From Eledone cirrhosa (lineage: Eukaryota): a DNA stretch of 64,000 bases. A program made the position numbers and the translations under genes. The stretch spans positions 356,934,001 to 356,998,000 of the forward strand of contig OZ024740.1 of NCBI GenBank assembly GCA_964016885.1, written 5' to 3'. The notes beneath the pieces were generated by a model. That model searched no databases and had not been told where the DNA came from. It saw only the letters and a list, made by a program, of their open reading frames with translations. How positions within the stretch are numbered: the first letter of the stretch is position 1; every line of letters starts with the position of its first letter. This document shows positions 26,651 to 41,804 of the stretch, piece after piece.

Positions 26651-27282
26651 TAAAGTAAATCAACCAAAACTAAAAGCTCTTCCATACATCTCCACACACA
26701 ACCCCCTCAACAATGAGGCCTTTGACACCATCCTCCAGAACATCCCTGTATTGAAAAAGGACCATAGAATGAACCAAATTCTATGAACACACGATATCAT
26801 AAAGAGCAAAAGACAATCCAAGTCAATGAAAAACACATGCCAAAGTACTGCCAACCACAACAACGAAACCCACAGTAAAAAAATGCGATAGACCCAACTG
26901 TGGCATTTGCATCAACCTAATAGAGGGTTCGGAATTCTATTTCAAAGATGGACAACGTTTTATAGTAAAACACAATTTCACATGTGCATCGGAAAATCTA
27001 ATATATGTATTAACTTGTTCAGGTTGTCGAGAACAATACATAGGCCAGACCAAAAACAGCCTCCGCCAACGCATGACTGTCCATAGATCCCAAATTAAAA
27101 TACGGGAATACAGGAAAATACCACTGAGTGAACACATTGATACCTGTGCCGCCCAAAATCATCCCAACTTCAGAATCTTTCCCCTCTACAAATTTAAAGA
27201 TAATGCCACCCACACCCAGCGCATCAGCAAGGAATCTTACTTCATTAACAAATACGGACCCCGTCTAAACACTTCTCCCTAA
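26650..27282 (+). pseudogene. Inverted duplicate of the PLE endonuclease end
   Basis: Reverse complement of 23959-24598, with a stop and a small deletion. Confidence 0.9.
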
Positions 27283-27424
27283 GACGAACCCACAACATAC
27301 ACACGTCAACATACATACCTACATCAGCACACATCTCTACCGACATATAAACACAATGACACACGTAAACACACATGCTCTATGGTGCAATACAAAGAAA
27401 TATATGTGCATATATATGTATGTA

Positions 27425-27461
<37 letters not shown>

Positions 27462-27605
27462 AATGTATGTATGTGTATATATATATAGTGAATATCATTT
27501 CACACCTTTTATTGTTAAGATTTTTGATGTTCTATTAAGAGAACCGATTTTACTGAAAAAATCGAATAATGTACACCATTTTACCAGGGGGAAAAAAATA
27601 CTGGT

Positions 27606-27668
<63 letters not shown>

Positions 27669-27841
27669 CACAAACACATACACACGCGTACATCAACATA
27701 CAAAGAGACTTATATACACACACACACGCACTTCTCCGTATAAGACAAAAGCTGAAAAATATCTTTTGACATGCTAAAATACCCCCCATTGTTTTCAGAT
27801 ACATTCTTACTGACCATCCCTGCCACCACAAATTACTCTGC

Positions 27842-27922
<81 letters not shown>

Positions 27923-28003
27923 AACTTTTGACATGCTAAAATACCCCCCATTGCTTTCAGACGCATTCTTACTGACCATCCCTGCCACCACGAATCACTC
28001 TGC

Positions 28004-28072
<69 letters not shown>

Positions 28073-28141
28073 ATCTTAATAGCCATTTGACACACATCGC
28101 TGCTGGCCATTGTCGCAGCATCGAACATCTTACTACTACTA

Positions 28142-28195
<54 letters not shown>

Positions 28196-28729
28196 ACACA
28201 TACACATACACACACACATATTTGTTGTGAAAGAGTCATTTCTCAATCTTGGCGCAAAACCAATTTTTTATTCACATGACCTCTACCGACCAATCAAAAT
28301 TGTTTTGACCAAGAATTTTTGCTGGAGCCACTTTTTTAACATAAAAACAGTCTTGACGCAAAATCAACTTTTTACATTCACATGACCTCTACCGACCAAT
28401 CAAAATTGTTTTGACCACAAGAATTTTTGCAACACAAAAATAACGCTGGAGCCACTTTTTTAACATAAAAACAGGTAGAATTCCCAAAACTAATCAGATC
28501 AGAGCAAACAGCACGGACACTCTATCTCAAAATTATTTTTGAAAAGCATTTAGAAATGCGCAACCGGTAAAAACTTAAAAACTTAAAACCACAACTGAAT
28601 ACTAACCCATACAATCACTAATACTCTTTTATTCCTAATTAAACCATTTTTCAACTGTGAACAATTTGTCAGCATTTTCTATTCCGTTTACCAATATATA
28701 ATAACTTGTGTGTTACACCTCTATTCTTT

Positions 28730-29498
<769 letters not shown>

Positions 29499-29966
29499 TG
29501 GATAATAACCTACTAGTCGTCGCTGGTTATTGACCGCTAAGCAAGGGCTTAATCTTTACTCTATATACTACCCTGAAAATGTATCGTGACTATCTATAAT
29601 ACACTTAAACGTTTTCATAAAAGCCTCCTTCTGTAAATTCTTTAACTAAATCTCACAACCACAACCTTAAACTTTATTTTTCTAATTTCATCTTATAACT
29701 ATAAACATAAGTTAAACGTTTCTAATTGTTAACCGAATTTTCTGTCCACACATTATACCATACAGACGCCCACTATATATGTCTTTGTTGAAGATATATG
29801 TTCTTTGGTAAAAATATTTTTCGCGGCAATTTCTAGCACGCATGATCAGCCGGATTGAGGCATGACCTCAACGCTGACATTTCTCTTTGACGAGGAGGTA
29901 GTAGCACATTATAAGCTTGCGCCCCCTCACCAGATGGTCAGATGTAGACTTAATAATCAACACTTT

Positions 29967-30038
29967 ATATATTTTATCTGATGAGGACGTACTGAGGAAA
30001 CAGTACAGTACCTCCGAAATATATATAATAAAATATAT
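29967..30038 (+). ncRNA. Type I hammerhead ribozyme
   Basis: AUAUAUUUUAU-CUGAUGA-GGA..GUACUG(AGGAAA)CAGUAC..UCC-GAAA-UAUAUA-UA-AUAAAAUAUAU; 11-bp helix I. Confidence 0.85.
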
Positions 30039-31021
30039 TTGATTACATGAATGTCTATATTTATTAATATTTTGAATTAATGTATGTATATATATGTATA
30101 TATGTGTGTGTGTGTGTGTGTGTGTGCGTGTGCGTGTGTGTGTGTGTGGTTTAAAACCACAATGTTCTTTCATCTAAGTATTAAAAGTGAGAATCTTCTT
30201 TAATGTCAACATTACTGTTCTATTCTCAATGCTATTTTTCATATCATCCGAACTGCCATTTACAAGTGAAAAGAGAATAGGCTGAATAGAAAAAGTATTG
30301 AATATAGTTTATATTCGTAGAAATATATTAAGAGTGAGGAACCCCGAGTGTGGTTAGTGTTGTTTATTCTTTTTTCTCAACATATTTATTGATCGACGCA
30401 TCCATACAAGATATTGTGTCACCTAACATATAAAACCATGCGAATATTCACTATAGGGAAGTAGAATTTCAGTGGGTAAAATATAAAAGTTCGTGTTGTT
30501 GCAGTTAGGTGAAAGATTTGCGCCTGTGGTTGTTGTTATCGTCGTCGAAATGTGTGGTTATTGTTGATTAGTCACATAAATCGAGCAGCGATATGATGAA
30601 AAACATTCACACTTTGATCGTTTTATTTTTTTCAATTTTCTTACATTGTCCATCTATGACCATGTTATGTAACGTGGCTTTATCGTTTTCTTAAAGGTAT
30701 AGTGTAATTTGGGAAGATTTATTTTCTACTCCTGTTGACCACATAAAGGCTCTATTGTTGATTTGGTTCAGGAATCTCTCTGAAATACTACAGCTCATTG
30801 ATCCTACAGGAAAGAAAAATAAAACCAAATGCTATTAGATATTAATTCAGGCAATAATTATATATATTAGACCTAATTTATGCTGAGTTTCTTGTTTCTT
30901 CTTTCGCTCGACAATGAGTTGTTCGTAGACATACACAGATACACAGACACACTGACAGACACACACACACACACACATACACACACACATACATACATAC
31001 ATACATACATACATACATACA

Positions 31022-31057
<36 letters not shown>

Positions 31058-31199
31058 TGTATATATATATGTGTGTGTGTATATATCATACATACATACA
31101 TGATGATGGCTGCCCCCTCGTTATCGAGTATGGCCATTGCACGATATACCATTATTAATAATTATTAATTAATTCTATCGTGCAATGCCTGTACGTGAA

Positions 31200-31447
31200 G
31201 ATATTTTTTAAAGGGAGGAAAGACTGTGCACTGAACCAATCCCAAAAAACAAAACCTGACAAAGGGCGGAAGAACTCATAAGAGTCAACGGCCATCCAAA
31301 ATTTTGTAAATGTGTATATACACATGTACTGCGCGGTTAAACCACTGGGACTGAAGGACCCCTATCCTTTGCCAGGGCATTCTTCTAGGAGAAGGCAACT
31401 CAGGAAACTGGGATAACTCCGATTTAAAACCTGCGGCTCAGTAGTTA
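31200..31447 (+). mobile_element. RTE-5'UTR-like repeat fragments
   Basis: 31331-31447 matches 58920-59037; 31245-31300 matches 1218-1272. Confidence 0.6.
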
Positions 31448-31553
31448 CATACATACGTACATATTTCAACATGAATAAACCTGTTATTTTTCTCTAAAAC
31501 ATTTTTCCATTCCACCCCGCCCGTCCTTTCAATCTTTCCAATTTCTCATTCTT

Positions 31554-31589
31554 TCTTCTGATGAAGGACTAGCGTCCGAAACGTTAAGA
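31554..31589 (+). ncRNA. Minimal type I hammerhead ribozyme
   Basis: UCUU-CUGAUGA-A-GGAC(UAGC)GUCC-GAAA-CG-UU-AAGA; palindromic AACGUU, typical of PLE pseudo-LTR HHRs. Confidence 0.82.
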
Positions 31590-31685
31590 CCCTCTTCCTG
31601 CTATTTCTAGCATTAACCTAATATATTACTTCTATGTACTGTACCGATTGCGTTGTTATTTCTGTTTCCCTTTTACATACACGTG

Positions 31686-32160
<475 letters not shown>

Positions 32161-32189
32161 TTATATATATATTTTTATATGTATGTATG

Positions 32190-32232
<43 letters not shown>

Positions 32233-33134
32233 GAGTAAATATAAGTATGTATACGTACATACATATATGCGTACAGACGCACAGTAGTATGTATATATAT
32301 ACATACATGCACACATATATATATGTACGTATGGGTTTGCCGAACATTTATTATAATGTTCGGTTTGTTTGTAAACAAACAGTCCGAATTACGCCGTACA
32401 GTGCTCGGCAATCATCGTCGCCCTTTTGTTCAACACTGACACAGGAACGATGTACTAGTTTCAAGCTTATTAGCTATCGTCAGCATCGTATACTTTTCTG
32501 TGAGATGATTGAACGTCTGAAAATATATACTTTCCTTGTGCATATTAACGGCTGAGCAGCCTATTTTGCATATCGAGTCAGTTAGTTATATATATATATA
32601 TATACATATATATGAGTATGTGTTTATGTATATGAGCATGCAAGTGTGTATATTTATATGCGAGTATATGTGCGCAAGTGTGTGTAGCTCTGCCTGTGCT
32701 TGCGAGTGTATAATATGAGGCAGGAGATTCGAAAATCTTAGTGTTTCTATAGCCTCCCACGCTGCATATTTAATGTTTCAATAGGTCAGATGTAGGCAAC
32801 AGGAGTTTCTGTAGAACTCAATGCACCCATCTTTGTTTCTGGATATCTCACCAGTATTGATCGCTTTTTATAATCTTGTTGGCAATGATATTCTGTGTTG
32901 AATTCATTGTATGTGACACCAGATAAATAAATGCATACGCATATAACATTGTGTAGATGGAAAAAAAAAAAAAGACACCAACATCATCGTCGTCATCACT
33001 ATCATCATAATCATCTTCTTCAACATCTTCATCCTCCGCTTTATCAGCATCATTAACATTGTCGTCATAATCGTCGCCGTCTTTACCATCATCGTCATCA
33101 TTATTATCGTCGTTGCATTCATTATCATCCTCAT

Positions 33135-33295
33135 GGCGGTAGAGGGTCGGACGCCATGCTTTCCAGCATAGTTATGTCCCTTTACGGTCTGGGTTCAAAT
33201 CCCGCCGAGATTAACTTTGCCTTTCATCCTTACGGGGTCAATAAAATAAAGTACTGTGTAATTGCTGGCCTTGTGCCAAATGTAGAAACAATTAT
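33135..33295 (+). mobile_element. SINE (Nin/Deu-like domain)
   Basis: GGTTCAAATCCCGCCGAG.TTAACTTTGCCTTTCATCCTTACGGGGTC..GCTGGCCTTGTGCC. Confidence 0.8.
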
Positions 33296-33734
33296 CATCC
33301 CCTTCAGCAGCATTGTCATCATTATCATCTTCAGCAGTAGTGTCATCATAAACTCATTTATACATCTATACATTTTCTATGAACCAAGGCCTTCTGTATT
33401 GTCCAGTATGTTCCATCTATCTTTTAAGATAGTGTGAGCTAGCATTTGAGAGCTAGCTATTTGGGTGATATTTCTAGCTAATAGGCCTATAAAATAGAAG
33501 CTCGCTAGTTTGGTGTCAGCTGTGTTGCAAAATCAAATTAATTATAAGTTTGCACGTTTTTAGAAATTGTTTCGTCACACAGATATACAAGAGACACTTA
33601 ACAATCATTTAACCATTGGAATTTTACCAGAGTATTTTTTACTTGGAATAGGATTTTTACAGATCGCAATTAGTACACAATAGAGAAATTTTGAGAATGT
33701 ATCGGCAAAAAATACACGCACGCACGCGCACACA

Positions 33735-33796
<62 letters not shown>

Positions 33797-35017
33797 CTTA
33801 CATCCATGTATGATATTTTTCTGTATAGTTAGCATCCCTCAAATTCGATCCACACATGATTGGCCAATCCGAAGCTATGGTAGAAGACGCTTGATCAGGT
33901 TTCCGCGATGCAGAATCGAATACGGAATCAAATGCTTCAGAAATAAACGTCTTAAGCACACTGCCAGGCCTGCACAATAATTATAGCAATCCAGTAATAC
34001 ATATGTGGTCACTCAACATTATAAAAAATAGCAGTCAAGTTCTGCAAAATTACATCCTACGCCTCAGATAAGCACGCATCCATTGAACAAATGTAGTCTT
34101 TCGTTTACAAAAAGACAAGATGCTCATAGCTGAAACATTTTTTATCACAAGTCTTCTGGCTAAATATCAACAACACATGGTTAGCATCTTTTACAATGAA
34201 ACAGCTTACAAAACCTCCTTGAATTCTTCAATATATTTTACTTCTAGAAAATGTAAATTTTCGCGTGTATATTTTTATTTTATTTTATTTTTTTCTGTAT
34301 GATTTTTCCTGCAATGAAAATATACATGAAACAAATACTTTCTAGTATGCATTAAAATTTGAGTTATGTTCCTAAATAGATGATATTTAACTCCCTGGTA
34401 TAGATATAATGTAACAATCCCCCAACGATTGATTCTGGTTGAAACAATTATTATAAACCATAAAATTCGAACAGAAAATATGCTCCCTGTTGTGATCAAA
34501 TTTATTTTTACTATCCTATTCTGTTAATGTCGATTTGTTTTTAATATCAAGTAGGAAACATTTAAAAAAAAAAAATAGAAAACTAAGTTGGAAACAAAAT
34601 TGAAATACTTCATAAATGTTGCCATTTTCAGCGGTTGAACCGAGGGTCAAAGCTATTTCCTTTTTTTTTTTTTTAGAAATATATCAAATATACATAAACG
34701 CATGCACGTGTACACACATACACATACACACACATACACACACATATATATATACATATATGTGTGTCTATGTATACACATACACATCATATATATATTT
34801 ATATATACATTTATTTATATATATGCTATATATATATATATATCCATCTATACATCCATAAATATATTTATATGTATATATACTTATATATATATATATA
34901 TACATTTATATATATATATGCTATATATATATATATATCCATCTATACATGCATAAATATATTTATATGTATATATACTTATATATATATATACATATAA
35001 ATATGTATATTTATATG

Positions 35018-35065
<48 letters not shown>

Positions 35066-35974
35066 CATATACACAAATATATATATACAATATATATTAC
35101 CCACAAACACATAAATATATATATATATAGTAGGGAAATAGAAAGAGAGAGAGGAATATACAGAAAGAAATTGAAAAGGTGAAAAAGTATAAACAGATAG
35201 AGAGAACGTATGCATTGTGAAATTAATATATGTTATGTCTGCACGAATATATGAATGGTCGTTATGTATATTCACATAATATTATATCATTGTCCAGAGA
35301 AGCAGTTAAAATGTATTTGTAAAAACACATGTACATAGGGTAATTTAGTGAAAAATAGAATTACACAGGAAAAAACTTATTTGTCCTTTCTAATCGATAA
35401 ACAGTTTATTACTTTTATTTGCCTGGAATTGCATTCGCCACACAAGTGTTATTGTACGAGTGGTCAGATCTTAACACCATAATCATTAAAGTTTGAGTTG
35501 AATTTAGTCTTAGTTTCATAACTCCTCAAGATTTATTAAAAGATTTCACCTTATATCAGACCTGTCAACTCACCCCATCCGACGGGGAGATCTCCCACTT
35601 ACATTTCTCCCCGTTTTGGGGCACTTTTTTCGTGGTACACCCCGTTTGGGATTTTAGAGATTGACGGGTCTATTACATGCATAAATAGGTAACTAAAATA
35701 CAAACTTGATCTCTATCAAAGCCTAAGCATGATCTCTGTGAAATCCGCTTCTATCAAAGACTAACTCTCTTCCCATCAACATTTAAGCCCTATCTTTAAC
35801 TATGTAAGTAAATTCATGATGTTCTGAATGCTGCACTGGAAAATATTCTTAACTACTATAACTATTCTTTAATGTTCTCAACTAAAGAAAGGAATAGATC
35901 ATTTCAGGAATTTACGAATTAATATCTCGTGTCGTAGGCAAAGAAGAACAGTAACATGTTTTGTTGTGTTAGGA

Positions 35975-36155
35975 CAGTGGATTGGCAATATCGGTAGAGC
36001 GTCGAACAACAAGCTTTGTGGCATAGACTTACGTTCTGATTTCAAATCCCGACAAGGGTCGATAAGATAAAGCACCACTAATGCACTGGGTTGATTTAAT
36101 CGATTTTCCTCTCCCCCCAAAATTGTTGGCCTTGTGCCTTAATCAGAAACCATTA
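35975..36155 (+). mobile_element. SINE, degraded
   Basis: TTGGCAATATCGGTAGAGCGTCG..TTCAAATCCC..GGGTCGATAA..GGCCTTGTGCC. Confidence 0.7.
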
Positions 36156-36332
36156 TGTTAAACATCATGAGCATAGTATAGTCTACTTAGTGCTGCTTGA
36201 TCAGTTGATAAAAATGTTTCCATATAGAAGTAGTTATGAATACATTTTTGTCCGTTTCAGTTTCATTAAAAAAATTAAATGGAGTATGGGAAACTAAACG
36301 TGTGGTATAAAACTAAAATTTTCTCAAAACAC

Positions 36333-36413
<81 letters not shown>

Positions 36414-36520
36414 GTAGGTATTTCACATACATACATACACACATACATACTTTCATACATACATACATACATACATACATACATACATACATACATACAT
36501 ACATACATACATACATACAT

Positions 36521-38168
36521 AAGAAGTGGGCCCAGAAGTATCTCCCATCTTTTCTTTGTTGATGACCTGAAGTTGTATGGGCCAAATATCAATGACATCA
36601 AGAAACAATTGGACCTCATTACACAATTTTCAACCGACATCAAAATGAAATTTGGTGAGTCCAAGTGTGCATATTTGGCAGTAAAACGTGGAAGAGCTGT
36701 GCCCTCCTCTAGAAATCTAGATATGAACGGCCTGACAATACAATCTCTGCAGTCAGGTGACAACTACAGATATCTTGGACAGGATGAGAATGTCAGATAT
36801 GATGGACCCATAAATAAGGAGAGAACCAGAACTGAATACCTCAGAAGAGTAAAAAAAATATGGTCATCAGAACTGTCAGCATACAACAAATACATTGCCC
36901 ACAATACCTATGCTGTGCCAATTCTAACGCCAACATTTGGCCTACTGAACTGGTCATTGCAAGAACTAAGTGAGATGGATGTTAGAACTCGAAAACTTCT
37001 CAGTGTTACTGGGAACTTTAACATCAATGGTGATGTGGATAGGCTATACTTCTCACGCAAGGAAGGTGGCCGGGGTCTAAAATCAATATTAACAACATAT
37101 GAGACCCGGATAGTAACACTGAAGCAACACCTTCAACAGAGGAAAAAGGTTGGCGACCATCTTGCTCAGGTTTATGAGCATGAAAAAAGAAATATCATTA
37201 GAATAGCGACTGATCTGGAGGAGAGATATGGAATAAAGCCTGATATAAATCTCTCACCCAGAGAAATCGGAAGATCCTATTCAATGTTCAAACAAGATAA
37301 AAAAATTGACCAATTTACAGAGAAAGTTGTGCATGGATACTTGAGGCGTAAAACACAGACCATAGAGGGGATAAACCACTCAAAAAGCCTGGCATGGAGT
37401 TCCGACAAGTTTATGACATCACACCTTGAGGGATATCTCTATGCAATACAGGAACAAGAACTCCCTACCAAATATCTGCTGCACAAAAGAGGAGGGCCAG
37501 CAGCTGACAATAAATGTAGGCTATGTAAAACAAAGATCGAGGATGTAAGCCACATTGTTGCCAGCTGCGAAAGAATGTCATCTCGCTACTACCTCCCCAT
37601 GAGACACGATGGGATAGCTAGAACTATCTGGAACGCACTTCGGAAAACAAAATTAACAACAAACGAGGAAGAATATATTGAGACAGATGGCACTAAGGAA
37701 TACTGGTGGAACCTGAAAATAAAAACTGCCACCAAATTAAAGCACAACCGGCCTGATATTGTAGTTTGGGACCACACATTGAAAACGTGTTCTGTTGTGG
37801 AGATCAGCTGCCCACTTGATGTAAACGTTGTCAGAAAAATACAGGAGAAGGAGGACATCTACGGACCATTGATGAGGAGCTTACAAATCCAGTATCCAAG
37901 ATACACCTTTAGCTTCATACCCATCATTATTGGTGCTACGGGTTATATACCAACCCGCTTGGACCAAAGTATGACCGAACTTGGATTTGCGGACAAAAAG
38001 CGCAGCTCCCTAATTCATAGTCTACAAATGGCTGCGATAGCTGGCACCTTCAAAATATGCAAAACATTCTTGCGATTCAAGGGATGACAATTTCTTTTCT
38101 TTTACAACCTTGCCACCAGGAAGGTGGCCGGTCAAAAAAATATACTCGAAATTAAGAGAAAGAGAAAA
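36521..38168 (+). mobile_element. R4/Dong-clade non-LTR retrotransposon, 5'-truncated, in (CATA)n
   Basis: ISHLFFVDDLKLY, YRYLG, GGRGL, CRLC..HIVASC knuckle, RHD, RPDIVV..EISCP..K..Y restriction-like endonuclease; uninterrupted to the stop at 38087. Confidence 0.92.
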
Positions 38169-38192
38169 CATACATACATACATACATACATA

Positions 38193-38885
38193 AAAAAGAT
38201 AGCCCCGATAATAAACACATTAAAGCTACAGCAATGTGGAAGACATCCATGTACATAATATGAAAGAGTACTGGTGGAATGTTCCAGTAAAAACCCTAAT
38301 AAAATGCAGGCATAAAGGACCAGATATTATGATATGGGACAGGGAGAAGAAAGCATGCACAGTAGTGGAAATTAGCTGCCCAGCAGATGCCAATATAATA
38401 TCAAAGATTAGCGAAAATGAGAATATTTATGCAGAACTGATGAGAAATCTGCAGATACTCCACCCTGATTACACCTTCAGATTTATGCCTGTGATTGTTG
38501 GGGCACTGGGATATGTTAGTAACTGCCTCAATACAAATCTTGAGAAGCTAGGCTTCACAGGAACAGAAAGAACACAACTAGTTAGGAAATTACAAGTACA
38601 CTCCATTAATGGAACAGTAAAAATATGTAAAACATTCCAAAGATTTTGCATCTAATAACTGCATATACACATGTACAGATACAAGGCATATACACATGCA
38701 CACATACAACTCAAAACATCCACATCCACACATACAATAACATCCATATCTACACATGCATGCATGCATAATCTACCTAGTTGATGTTGTGTAAATTCCA
38801 ATGAGAGAGTCTTGTGTCTATGTTAGAAACCGACTCTCTCTCTTTATTGGTAAAAAAATTGTGAAATTATAAAACCAGAAGAGCA
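38193..38885 (+). mobile_element. Second R4/Dong-like 3' fragment (different subfamily), in tandem
   Basis: EYWWN..PDIMIWD..VVEISCP..PVIVGALG..KICKTF; flanked by ACAT repeats. Confidence 0.85.
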
Positions 38886-38888
38886 TAC

Positions 38889-38945
<57 letters not shown>

Positions 38946-39219
38946 TACATTGTTAAACTTTGGGAGGGCCATGCAGCTAATAAAAACACACGCACCTGTT
39001 GGTTTTCACTTCAATTTATTTAATTTTCGGTTTGTCTATCCACAGAAATACCTATAGACAGAGATAGATAGAGAGAGACAGACAGAGAGAATGAGAGAGA
39101 ATTTGTGTTTTGAGAAAAGTTTATAATATACGGGTGTATATGTTTATAGACAATAAACATAAGGGTAGCCTCGCTATCAAAGAAATACACCGTGTACCTA
39201 GAAGATACCCCTACAATTC

Positions 39220-39520
39220 AACCAGTATGAGACAAGCTAACTACGCGGAGTACAGCAGTTATAGTGTGAAAAGGTAGAAAGAGGAGACAGTGGACCAGGA
39301 GTTGCAGCACGTATGTGAGGGACCTCATGTTAATCGGTAAGGTTTCTTTTCTTCGGATATAGTCTAAGATGCCTTTGTCTGTAACAGCAGCACCATCTGA
39401 GAAATGGAACCAATACCTCGTTGTGGGTGAAACCTTGGTTTTGTACAGGGTTAGTAGTTGTTGGGAGCTGCTGTATATTCCGGTTGAAAAGAGGAGGGCC
39501 AGTCTTTCTACATAGCCTTT
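39220..39520 (-). mobile_element. L2/CR1-like LINE fragment
   Basis: LLTLYKTKVSPTTRYWFHFSDGAA..ILDYIRRK resembles the LYK..RP..EY..W..LD.IQ region. Confidence 0.5.
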
Positions 39521-39524
39521 ACAA

Positions 39525-41800
39525 CAGGCATATAAACATGCGGCCCGCGGGCCGCATGCGGCTTTTTGCAAGCACACTTGCAGCCCGCACAAAGGTTTTT
39601 ACAGTGCAAGCATGTTTTATCTTCGTAATATAAAAATTAAAAAAAAATGTTTGGGGGGGGAGGGGTGATTTTCGTCAATTACTTTTAACGTCCGACGAAT
39701 CACCCGCAGCTCATTTTTTTTGGGGGGGGGGGAGGGTGATTTTCGTCAATTACTTTTAACGTCCGGCGAATCACCCGCAGCTCATTTTTTTTGGGGGGGG
39801 GGGTGATTTTCGTCAATTACTTTTAACGTCCGGCGAATCACCCGCAGCTCATTTTTTTTAGGGGGGGGGGGGTGATTTTCGTCAATTACTTTTAACGTCC
39901 GGCGAATCCCGCGCAGCTCATTAACAGTTGTAAAAGAAAACTTTCATTCAAAATTTCAAAAGTATTTTCATTTAAAATGGCTAGTGCTCCTTCAGCTAAA
40001 AGAAAAAGGAAATTGAATGAAGAAAGGCGAGTTTCAAGAAAAGTGGGAATTACAGTATTTTTTCTCAACAGTGAACAGAAAGATACACAGTTTAATAAAA
40101 TAAAAATTTTTTTCGTTTCGATTACTTTTTTTTTTTTGTTCGATTTTTGTCAACTACTTTTAACTTCCGGCGAAACATGCGCAGCTCATTAACAGATGTA
40201 AACAGAAAACTTTCATTCAAACTTTCAAAAGTGTTTTCTTTTAAAATGGCTTGTGCTCCTCCAGCTAAGAGAGAAAAGGTAATTGATTGAAGAAAAGTCA
40301 GTGTTTCAAGAAAAGTGGAATTACAGTATTTTTGCTCAACGGTGAACGGAAAGATCCACTGTTTAATTTGCAACAACTGCATCGCCACGCCAAATGGGTA
40401 CAATTTGAAAAGGGATTATGAAACAAACCATCGATCTTACGATAAATATGAAGGCCAATGCGTGTTTTCACGTCTCAAGGAATTGAAGGCTAACTTGACA
40501 CAGCAACAGACCTGTTTTATGAAAATTCAGGAAGAGATGTCGCTTCTGTTACTGCAAGCTATGAACTCAGCCAAATGATCGCCATGAGTGGGAAATCTTA
40601 CAGTGAAGGAGATTTTGTAATGCAAAGCCTTGTAAAAACAGCTGAAATTGTATGTCCAGAGAAAACTCAGTTATTCGAAGACATTTCATTAACCAGGGAC
40701 ACTGTTGCTGAACGGATTGATGAAATGTCAGGTGATCTGAAACAGTTGAAGGCTGTATCATCAAGGTTTGAATATTTTGCTATTGCTATTAATGAGACAT
40801 CATTCCGTTGACATCACTAGAATAGCACAGCTTGCATTCTTCTTCAGGGCCTGTGACAGTGAATTTAATATGTATGAAGAACTGATTGAACTGGTCCCCA
40901 TGCATGACACTATAACAAGCCATGACATCTTTGAGAAGGTCGAGCAGGTTCTGCATGACTATGGTTTTGATTTGAGTAAACTTGCATGCTTATTTACTGA
41001 CGGTGCTGCGAATATGGTTGGCAGACATAATGGCAGCCAAGTTACGAACAAAAATAGAAAACTTGCATCCAGATTCATCATTTGCACATTTCACTGTATT
41101 ATTCATCAGCAAAATTTGTGTTTAAAGATTTTATAATTGCATCATGTGCTTAACTTGATCACAAAGACAGTGAACTATATCAGAGGCCGTGCTCTCAACC
41201 ACCGTCAGTTCAGCTAGTTGCTGGAAGATATGGATAATCAGTTCACCGATGTTCCATTCTACACAGAAGTTTTCTGGTTGTCATGTCACACAGTGCTGAA
41301 AAGATTCTATTTGTTGAGACAAGAAATAATTATGTTTTCGGAGACGAAAGGTCAAAACACAAATGAAATAAAAAATGAAAGCTGGCTCCAAGATCTGGCT
41401 TTTACTGTGGATATTACTGGACAATTAACTGATCTTAATTTGAAATTACAAGGTAAAAACAATTCATCACTCAGTTGTACGACAAGTGGTTCGTTACAAA
41501 ACTAAGCTTATGGAAGTCACAGTTGTCAAATGAAAATTTACTTCATTTTCCTACGTGCAAAGAGCTGAAAAACACTGCCAATACTGAGTCTGTACTTCGC
41601 TTTGCTAAGTATGATAGTCACCTGGAATTGTTGTCAAGGGAATTTCAGGAAAGATTTGTGATTTCTCATCTTTTGAACATCATTTTGCATTATTCTCAGC
41701 ACCATTCACCTTTGATGTTGCCAAGGCAGAAGAAATCCTGCAGATGGAACAATTGGAAATGCGGTCGGATTCTACACTCAGAGCAAAGTATCTTGGATAC
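39525..41800 (+). mobile_element. hAT (Buster/SPIN-like) DNA transposon, decayed, 3'-truncated
   Basis: 5' end CAGGCAT..AAAC.TGCGGCCCGCGGGCCGCATGCGGC; transposase fragments CLIC..NLKR..ETNH (BED finger), DIT..AQL, TDGAANMVG, HCIIHQQNLC, FYTEV.WLS, LNLKLQG; many stops and frameshifts. Confidence 0.88.
39652..39921 (+). repeat. Four ~60-bp subterminal tandem repeats of the hAT element
   Basis: polyG-GTGATTTTCGTCAATTACTTTTAACGTCCGGCGAATCACCCGCAGCTCA-polyT, four times. Confidence 0.9.
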
Positions 41801-41804
41801 CTGG

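Larger units (their letters stand above)
22626..28695 (-). mobile_element. Penelope-like element (Naiad-like) copy 2 with ~2-kb inverted terminal arms
   Basis: 22626-24598 is the near reverse complement of 26650-28695; both ends read ..TTTACCAA into (TA)n. Confidence 0.93.

Noticed and set aside
35557-35672. Small MITE (CAGACCTGTCAA..TTGACGGGTCT)
   Set aside because: Short imperfect TIRs, no clear TSD, single copy in the window.
36279-36520. N-terminal part of the 602-aa ORF
   Set aside because: Read-through of (CT)n and (CATA)n; retroelement homology begins at ~36521.
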